Part shown: positions 48,791-54,299 of the stretch, piece by piece
Layout of the letters: every line of letters begins with the position of its first letter
Position numbering within the stretch: position 1 is the stretch's first letter
Assembly (NCBI GenBank): GCA_050257015.1
Contig: JBLMWC010000125.1
Location: 1,018 to 65,017 of the forward strand
From: Bacillota bacterium
GTDB lineage: Bacteria; Gemmatimonadota; Gemmatimonadetes; Gemmatimonadales; GWC2-71-9
Reading direction: 5' to 3'
DNA: 64,000 nt
Notes under the pieces: model-generated
Told to the model about the DNA's origin: nothing
What the model saw: only the letters and a program-made list of their open reading frames with translations
The model's database searches: none
Program-made: the position numbers and the translations under genes

Positions 48791-49798
48791 CTAGGCCGCG
48801 AAGCTCGCCAGCGCGCGCCCGACGTCGCCTTCGCGCAATCGCCGGAGCGCGCGGTCGCGCAGCTGGCGCACCCGCTCGCGGGTGACGCCGAGCATGCTGC
48901 CGATCTCCTCGAGCGTGTGCTCGCGGCCGCCGTCGAGGCCGAAATAGAGGCGCAGCACCTTGGCGTCGCGCGGCGGCAGCGTCCCCAGCGCGTGGTCGAT
49001 CTCCTCGGCGAGGAAGTGGTCCATGGCATCGGCGTCGGCGTCCTGGCCGCCGGCCATGAAGCGGTCGATGAGGGAGCGGTCGCCGTCGGCGTCGAGCGGC
49101 GCGTCGAGGCGCACGTCGGCGCTGTTGAGCGCCGCGAGCGCCTGGACGATGTCGAGCGCGAGGCCGGTGGCGTGGGCGATCTCCTCCGGCGCCGGCTCCC
49201 GGCGCAGCTCCTGTCGCAGCGCCTCGGATGCGCGGATGATGCGCGAGAGATCGGCCGTGCGGTTGAGCGGCACGCGCACCGTGCGCCCGTGACGTGCGAG
49301 GGCCGCGAGGATCGCCTGGCGGAGCCAGCACACGGCATACGAGATGAACTTCACGCCCTGATCGGGATCGAACTTCCGCGCCGCCGTCATCAGCCCGACG
49401 TTGCCTTCGCCGATGAGGTCGGTGAGCGCGAGGCCGCGATTCTGGTACTTCTTGGCGACCGAGATGACGAAGCGGAGGTTGCGCTTGACCAGCTCCTCCA
49501 TCGCCTCGGCGTCGCCGGCGCGGACCCGGCGCGCGATCGCGACCTCCTGCTGCGCGGTGAGCAGCGGAGTGAGGCTGACCTCGTAGAGATACTGGTCGAG
49601 GATGTCCTTGTCGGCGTCGTAGACGCCGAGACTCTTCGCGGTGTCGCGCTTGCGGGTGCGGCGCGGGCGCGCGGACGGCGAGCTGGCCAGGATTTCGGCC
49701 GTGGTCATGTCGGCGGTGAGCGGCACCGCGTCGTCCGGCGGGCGTTTCGACGCCCGTTTCGGCGTCGCGCCCTCGGGCGGCTGCTGCGAGGTCGTCAT
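48791..49798 (-). CDS. Sigma-70 family RNA polymerase sigma factor (RpoD/RpoS-like, regions 1.2 to 4; no region 1.1)
   Basis: ORF 48791..49798. Region 2: NLRFVISVAKKYQNRGLALTDLIGEGNVGLMTAARKFD...FISYAVCWLRQAI. Region 4.2 HTH: TLEEIGSMLGVTRERVRQL. Confidence 0.85.
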   Translation of the reverse strand: MTTSQQPPEGATPKRASKRPPDDAVPLTADMTTAEILASSPSARPRRTRKRDTAKSLGVYDADKDILDQYLYEVSLTPLLTAQQEVAIARRVRAGDAEAMEELVKRNLRFVISVAKKYQNRGLALTDLIGEGNVGLMTAARKFDPDQGVKFISYAVCWLRQAILAALARHGRTVRVPLNRTADLSRIIRASEALRQELRREPAPEEIAHATGLALDIVQALAALNSADVRLDAPLDADGDRSLIDRFMAGGQDADADAMDHFLAEEIDHALGTLPPRDAKVLRLYFGLDGGREHTLEEIGSMLGVTRERVRQLRDRALRRLREGDVGRALASFAA

Positions 49799-49857
49799 GG
49801 GTGCAAACTAACCCTGAAAGTCGGCGGCGGCGGAAGGTGGGAAGCGGCGCTAACCGC

Positions 49858-49886
49858 TTGACACTCCTCCGGGTGCGAGCTTAAGT
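49858..49886 (+). promoter_or_regulatory. Candidate promoter of the tRNA operon (TTGACA-N17-TTAAGT)
   Basis: TTGACA at 49858..49863 and TTAAGT at 49881..49886, about 65 nt before tRNA-Ala. Confidence 0.4.
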
Positions 49887-49951
49887 TTTCGTGCTCCGCT
49901 GGCGAGGGGTTCTTCGACGAAGGATGCTTCGCGGCGGGGCGACAATATAAC

Positions 49952-50024
49952 GGGGGCGTAGCTCAGTTGGGAGAGCGCGTGAATGGCATTCACGAGGTCA
50001 GGGGTTCGATCCCCCTCGCCTCCA
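49952..50024 (+). tRNA. tRNA-Ala (anticodon GGC)
   Basis: Hand-folded cloverleaf. Acceptor GGGGGCG/CGCCTCC with a G3:U70 pair, anticodon loop ATGGCAT, and T-loop GGTTCGATCC. CCA is not encoded. Confidence 0.9.
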
Positions 50025-50113
50025 CTCTCCACCGGCCCGGCGCCGCCCCTATGGGTCGCCGGCTCGGAGCGGTTGCGCGGATGGAGACCGACCGCTAGAA
50101 TCTCCGTCCGTTC

Positions 50114-50186
50114 GCGGGAATAGCTCAGTTGGTAGAGCACAACCTTGCCAAGGTTGGGGTCGCGGGTTCGAGTCCCGTTTCCCGCT
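50114..50186 (+). tRNA. tRNA-Gly (anticodon GCC)
   Basis: Acceptor GCGGGAA/TTCCCGC, anticodon stem CAACC/GGTTG with loop TTGCCAA, and T-loop TTCGAGT. Confidence 0.9.
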
Positions 50187-50203
50187 CTGCTCAAGGTACA
50201 CGT

Positions 50204-50277
50204 CGCGGGGTGGAGCAGTCTGGTAGCTCGCCGGGCTCATAACCCGGAGGTCGTGGGTTCAAATCCCACCCCCGCTA
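50204..50277 (+). tRNA. Initiator tRNA-fMet (anticodon CAT)
   Basis: CGCGGGG 5' end with an unpaired 1:72 position, three G-C pairs closing the anticodon stem (CCGGG/CCCGG), and loop CTCATAA. It closely resembles the E. coli tRNA-fMet sequence. Confidence 0.85.
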
Positions 50278-50289
50278 TTGGTGGTTCAA

Positions 50290-50381
50290 GGCGGTCAGGC
50301 GGACAGGCGGTCAGGCGGTCAGAGACTCCGGCGGCTTTTCGGGCTGCCGACCGCCCGATCGGCTGACCGACTGACCGCCTG
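50290..50381. repeat. Tandem octamers (GGCGGTCA x4, one variant) plus 19-nt inverted repeat inside the tRNA operon spacer
   Basis: GGCGGTCA GGCGGACA GGCGGTCA GGCGGTCA at 50290..50321. The arm CAGGCGGTCAGGCGGTCAG (50304..50322) is complementary, with one mismatch, to CTGACCGACTGACCGCCTG (50363..50381). Confidence 0.8.
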
Positions 50382-50390
50382 AAGCATGCA

Positions 50391-50464
50391 GGGCGCTTAG
50401 CTCAGTTGGTTAGAGCGCCACGTTGACATCGTGGAGGTCACAAGTTCGAGTCTTGTAGCGCCCA
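50391..50464 (+). tRNA. tRNA-Val (anticodon GAC)
   Basis: Acceptor GGGCGCT/AGCGCCC, anticodon stem CCACG/CGTGG, and loop TTGACAT. Confidence 0.9.
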
Positions 50465-50486
50465 TGCGGTTGGCAGTGGCGGCACC

Positions 50487-50560
50487 GCGCCCTTAGCTCA
50501 ATTGGATAGAGCATCTGACTACGGATCAGAAGGTTAGAGGTTCGAGTCCTCTAGGGCGCA
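50487..50560 (+). tRNA. tRNA-Arg (anticodon ACG)
   Basis: Acceptor GCGCCCT/AGGGCGC, anticodon stem TCTGA/TCAGA, and loop CTACGGA. Confidence 0.9.
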
Positions 50561-50572
50561 CTGGTTGAAGGA

Positions 50573-50647
50573 CGGGGCGTAGCGCAGCCCGGTTAGCGCG
50601 CCTGCTTCGGGAGCAGGAGGTCCCCGGTTCAAATCCGGGCGCCCCGA
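50573..50647 (+). tRNA. tRNA-Pro (anticodon CGG)
   Basis: Acceptor CGGGGCG/CGCCCCG, anticodon stem CCTGC/GCAGG, loop TTCGGGA, and T-loop TTCAAAT. Confidence 0.9.
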
Positions 50648-50660
50648 TTGGACAGCTCAT

Positions 50661-50702
50661 TCGCTCCGCACGACGAAACGTCGTGCGGAGCGATTGTCTT
50701 TT
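50661..50702 (+). terminator. Intrinsic terminator of the tRNA operon
   Basis: TCGCTCCGCACGACG-AAA-CGTCGTGCGGAGCGA: a perfect 15-bp stem, followed by TTGTCTTTT. Confidence 0.9.
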
Positions 50703-50805
50703 CGACTGCCCCGCCCACGCTGGCGTAACACTTGCCCTGACGAAACAGCAGGAGAGATTCAGAGCAGAGCGACTACCGGAGGGTCGGGATGCGGGCTGGC
50801 GGGCC

Positions 50806-51855
50806 ATGAACGCCCTGTTCGGCGGGTGGCGCGACATCGCGACGGTGCTGTGGCGTGAGCACCGATGGGCGTTCCTCATCGTGTGCCTGTCTGCGGCGTC
50901 GCTTCGCGTCCTCGACCACACGGTAGCCCCAGGCCTTGTCGGACCGCTCGACGGCTGGTGGACCGGCGTCTTCCTCGTCGAGCTCGTCCCGGTCGTCGTG
51001 GTGCCGGTGCTGGTGTGGCAGCGGCTCGTGCTTCGCCGGCCTTGGGGCGTGATGACCTCGGCCGGCCCGGCGGCGCCTGTGCGTCTCCTCGGCCTGGCGC
51101 TCACGCTGCTCCTCACGCGTTCAGCGGTCATCAACGCAGTCTCATGGAAAGCGGGGCTGCCACTCCTGCACCCGTTCGCGTTCGACGCGCTGCTGGCCGG
51201 TCTGGACCATGCGCTTCACCACACTGATCCGTGGCGGCTCCTCCGGTTCCTGACGCGCCCGAGGGCACTGCGGCTCGTGGACGCGTTTTATGCCGCCTGG
51301 TACATCGCGTTCTTTCTCGTGGTCGTGGCGTGGGGCTGGGCACGCCCGAGCGCACAACGCCGCCGCTTTCTGACAGCGATGATGCTGACGTGGATCGTCG
51401 GTTCGGTCCTAAGTGTCCTCGTCGCCTCGGCGGGGCCGGTGTACTACAATCGCGTGACGGGAGAACCTGGCCCATACCTGGAGTTGATCCGGCGCCTGCA
51501 CGCGCTGCCGCTCGCTGCGACGAGGCTGCAGGCGCAGCTTTGGGATGCCTATGTGCACCCCGGTGTGACCTTCGCCAAGGGGATCGCTGCGTTTCCCAGC
51601 CTGCATGTCGCGATGCCGGCACTCTACGCCATGAGCACTCCTCCGCGCTGGCATCTGACCCGTTGGCTCTGGTGGGGCTTCACGGCTGTGACTCTGTTCG
51701 CATCGGTCGTCCTCGGCTGGCACTATGCCGTGGACGGCTACGCAGGGATACTCCTGGCGGCAGGCTGCTGGTGGGTGACAGGCCATCTCGCTCACTCCAG
51801 TCCACTCGTCAAGCCAGCGGCGATGGCGGTGCCGATTCGGGCGCGCGCTGGCTGA
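50806..51855 (+). CDS. PAP2-superfamily membrane protein (PAP2_C / phosphoinositol-ceramide or sphingomyelin-synthase-like motif pattern)
   Basis: Part of ORF 50683..51855, from ATG 50806. Multi-TM, with C-terminal FPSLHVA...GWHYAVDGYAG (the S-x-H and H-Y-x-x-D motifs of the PAP2 C2/C3 boxes). Confidence 0.6.
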   Translation: MNALFGGWRDIATVLWREHRWAFLIVCLSAASLRVLDHTVAPGLVGPLDGWWTGVFLVELVPVVVVPVLVWQRLVLRRPWGVMTSAGPAAPVRLLGLALTLLLTRSAVINAVSWKAGLPLLHPFAFDALLAGLDHALHHTDPWRLLRFLTRPRALRLVDAFYAAWYIAFFLVVVAWGWARPSAQRRRFLTAMMLTWIVGSVLSVLVASAGPVYYNRVTGEPGPYLELIRRLHALPLAATRLQAQLWDAYVHPGVTFAKGIAAFPSLHVAMPALYAMSTPPRWHLTRWLWWGFTAVTLFASVVLGWHYAVDGYAGILLAAGCWWVTGHLAHSSPLVKPAAMAVPIRARAG

Positions 51856-51877
51856 CGTCGGCGAGCGCACGTCGCTC

Positions 51878-53200
51878 CTAACCGAAGTGTCGGAAGAGTC
51901 CCTCGATCTTCGTGATCCACTCCGGACTGATGCCGGCGTCGCGGGCCTCAGGCACCCAGAGACCGAGCGCGGCCTCCACCTGATCGATGATGCCGACCCC
52001 ATCGCCCGTGACGTCGAACGCGCGCCCAACGGCGCGCAGGTCCTCGCGAGTGAAGTCGTCATCCTTGCCGCGAACCGTCATCTGGTGCGTTCGCGACCAC
52101 TTCCCGCCCCACGCCCATGTCATGTCGAACGCCGGGGCGAGGCGCCACTTCCCATCCGGTCCCATGAGAAAGCCCAGATTCTTGACGTGGTCGTCCTGAT
52201 TCCGCGCGGCGACATTGAATACCATCCGCCGAAACGCCTGATCGACGGCCGGCTGTCCCATTCCGAGCAGCCGGATGGTGCGGAAATACTCCTCGTATGA
52301 CAGCACCTGCCTGATGTTGTAGTCGGCATGGTGCAGCCCGCCCAGGCTGTGCATGTGCAGCCGCGCGCCGCCCTCGCGGTCGAACCGTCTGGTCATGAAA
52401 TGCGCGAAGTCCCGCTCGCGGAGGAGCCGCGTGTCGGCCATCTCGATGCCGGCAGCGCGGGCCATCCGGGAATAGACGTACTCGATGCGCCCGAACGGGC
52501 CGGGCGCGAATTCCTTCACCATCACGTGGCCGCCGGCACCACCGGTCACGCCGTCGAACTTGATCAGCCAGTGCTCGTCACCGTGACGCCGCGCCGCGAA
52601 GGCGGACTTCACTTTCCCCGTATCCGGGTTGTAGAGCACGAGCGCCTTGGCACGGGCCCCGCCGGCGGAGGCGCCGACGAGCATCATCTCGGGAACCGCC
52701 ACGGCGGGATCCCCCTCGATCACCCGCCGGGCTTCTTCGACCAGGCGCGCGATCTCGAGCGCCTCGTCGCCATGCGGGCTGTTCCGGCCCACGATCGGCG
52801 GGCTGAACTCGAGAGCGCCCATGGCGCGACTCCCGATGTAGAGCAGCTTCTGCACTGGACTGAGGGCGGCGTCGGGCGTGCCCCGCTGCTCGAAGTAGCG
52901 GGTGATGATGGTGTTTCCGAACGCGTCGGGAAGGCAGTCCGCCAGTAGCCCCGGAAGCCCTGCGAACGAGGCGACGCGGCGGAGCTCGGGAAATGAGATT
53001 GGCCCGCGGCGCGAGAGCGGGAGATGGATGGGCGAGATCTCGAGTCCCGACTCCCGGAATTCATCGTCGTACTCGAAGACGACATTGCCCTCGCGATCCT
53101 CTGCCACGGCGCCGACCTGCCGGCCCCAGAGAAGGATGCGCGCGACCGTGAACGCCGATTCGCTCAGCCGCCGGTCAGCCACGCCCGGCCTTCGTGTCAT
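51878..53200 (-). CDS. hipA: HipA-family serine/threonine kinase toxin
   Basis: Part of ORF 51878..53557, from ATG 53200 (alternative GTG 53182). N-terminal coupling domain (LWGRQVGAV...FEYDDEF), nucleotide loop LVGASAGGARAKAL, and catalytic loop ARNQDDHVKNLGF. Confidence 0.85.
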   Translation of the reverse strand: MTRRPGVADRRLSESAFTVARILLWGRQVGAVAEDREGNVVFEYDDEFRESGLEISPIHLPLSRRGPISFPELRRVASFAGLPGLLADCLPDAFGNTIITRYFEQRGTPDAALSPVQKLLYIGSRAMGALEFSPPIVGRNSPHGDEALEIARLVEEARRVIEGDPAVAVPEMMLVGASAGGARAKALVLYNPDTGKVKSAFAARRHGDEHWLIKFDGVTGGAGGHVMVKEFAPGPFGRIEYVYSRMARAAGIEMADTRLLRERDFAHFMTRRFDREGGARLHMHSLGGLHHADYNIRQVLSYEEYFRTIRLLGMGQPAVDQAFRRMVFNVAARNQDDHVKNLGFLMGPDGKWRLAPAFDMTWAWGGKWSRTHQMTVRGKDDDFTREDLRAVGRAFDVTGDGVGIIDQVEAALGLWVPEARDAGISPEWITKIEGLFRHFG

Positions 53201-53528
53201 CCTCTTGCTTGCCTGCGCGTCGGCGCGGCGTGCCGGCGCGCTGACGCTCGCGGCCACCCAGATCGGCCAGCTGCAGCGGCGAAACCAGCGGTGCCGGGAG
53301 GAACGCATTGAGCGTGTCGAGGCGTCCCAGCGCGCGCAGCAGGCGGACGACCGTTTCGAGGGTCGGCCGCTCACCGGCCTCGGCCCGCTTCGCGGTACGG
53401 ACACCGACCCCGGCTGACGCCGCCACCTCGACCAGTGTCCGGTTCTGCTGAAGCCGGTACCGATGGATGCGCTGTCCGAGCTCGCGGAGAATCTCCTCGG
53501 TCGTCGCCGTTGATCGGATCTGCTGCAT
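53175..53528 (-). CDS. hipB: XRE/Cro-type HTH antitoxin HipB
   Basis: ORF 53175..53528. HTH LGQRIHRYRLQQNRTLVEVAASAGVGVRTAKRAEAGERPTLETVVRLLRALG. GGAGG lies 6 nt before the ATG, and the gene overlaps hipA. Confidence 0.8.
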   Translation of the reverse strand: MQQIRSTATTEEILRELGQRIHRYRLQQNRTLVEVAASAGVGVRTAKRAEAGERPTLETVVRLLRALGRLDTLNAFLPAPLVSPLQLADLGGRERQRAGTPRRRAGKQEDDTKAGRG

Positions 53529-53550
53529 GGGAAACCTCCAGCTAGCTTGT

Positions 53551-53704
53551 GGGCCATATATGGCCCCCTACAAGATAAACCAACAATAATGTGCCTTCTA
53601 TGGCCTATTATAATAGATCATTTGAGCAGCAGCAATATGATAGACATGGTGCCATATAAGGCCCGTAAAGGCAGAATAGCACTCTAATGTGCCATTAACG
53701 GCCT
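53551..53704. promoter_or_regulatory. Array of four 16-nt operator-like palindromes in the hipBA leader
   Basis: GGGCCATATATGGCCC (53551..53566), GTGCCTTCTATGGCCT (53591..53606), GTGCCATATAAGGCCC (53649..53664) and GTGCCATTAACGGCCT (53689..53704). The consensus is G-K-GCC-N6-GGCC-Y, and start-to-start spacing is 40, 58 and 40 nt. Confidence 0.65.
53607..53635 (-). promoter_or_regulatory. Candidate hipBA promoter TTGCTG-N17-TATAAT
   Basis: On the minus strand, TTGCTG is at 53635..53630 and TATAAT at 53612..53607. Operator-like site 2 starts right after the -10 box. Confidence 0.5.
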
Positions 53705-54227
53705 ATTCAGTCCAGCCGATCGCCCGGCAGGTATTGTCACACAGCGGCAATTGATGAGCATGCCCGCACCGGCACAGGGCGGCTCTGGTATCGCGGCGGA
53801 TCGGCTGCCCCTCGAATCCCCGGATTTCGACGTCGCCCCGCAGGTAGAAGGGTCCGCCGCGGACCGGAGTCACGGTGGCCGGAACGTCCGGGCGCTCGTC
53901 GGCGCCGCCGTCGTGCCGAACGAAATGCAGCGCCCCGCTCGGACAACGAACGATCGCCGCAACGACTTCCTCCGCTGAGGCGGCGGTCGGGTCCACCCAG
54001 GGCCGGCGCCTGGGATCGAAGACGCGCTGAAGTGCGCGCACGCAGTTCGCGCTGTGGATGCAGCGCCCGGCATACCACTGCACGGTGACGTCGTCGCCGG
54101 CGTACTCGCGCGTGAGATCGGGTGCGCGATTCGGCCCGTCCGGATCGGGGGGCGCGCCGGCCCCGCCTGCGCTGGCGTCGGGCTCGCGCCCAGCGGATTC
54201 CAGGTGATCTTCCTGACCTCGCATCAT
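53703..54227 (-). CDS. Iron-sulfur protein: divergent 4Fe-4S mono-cluster-like domain plus CDGSH-type domain with a CDNTC variant motif
   Basis: ORF 53703..54227. Contains YAGRCIHSANCVRA...PW...IVRCPSGAL, followed by ALCRCGHAHQLPLCDNTC, which has the same spacing as C-x-C-x8-C-D-G-S-H. Confidence 0.7.
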   Translation of the reverse strand: MMRGQEDHLESAGREPDASAGGAGAPPDPDGPNRAPDLTREYAGDDVTVQWYAGRCIHSANCVRALQRVFDPRRRPWVDPTAASAEEVVAAIVRCPSGALHFVRHDGGADERPDVPATVTPVRGGPFYLRGDVEIRGFEGQPIRRDTRAALCRCGHAHQLPLCDNTCRAIGWTE

Positions 54228-54299
54228 GGCGCGCCTCCCTGTCGCGGTGTCGTGCCTCGAGCCCTCGCTAAATCCCCCCCGCGCCGCATATTAGTCCTG

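Noticed and set aside
49946-49951. A TATAAC hexamer immediately before tRNA-Ala, considered as a -10 box.
   Set aside because: It ends 1 nt before the mature tRNA 5' end, so a TSS would fall inside the tRNA. The TTGACA-N17-TTAAGT pair further upstream is the better candidate.
50290-50321. Tandem GGCGGTCA repeats, considered as a possible CRISPR or minisatellite.
   Set aside because: The units are 8 nt long with no spacers, there are only four copies, and no cas genes are present. I reported the array as a structured repeat in the tRNA spacer instead.
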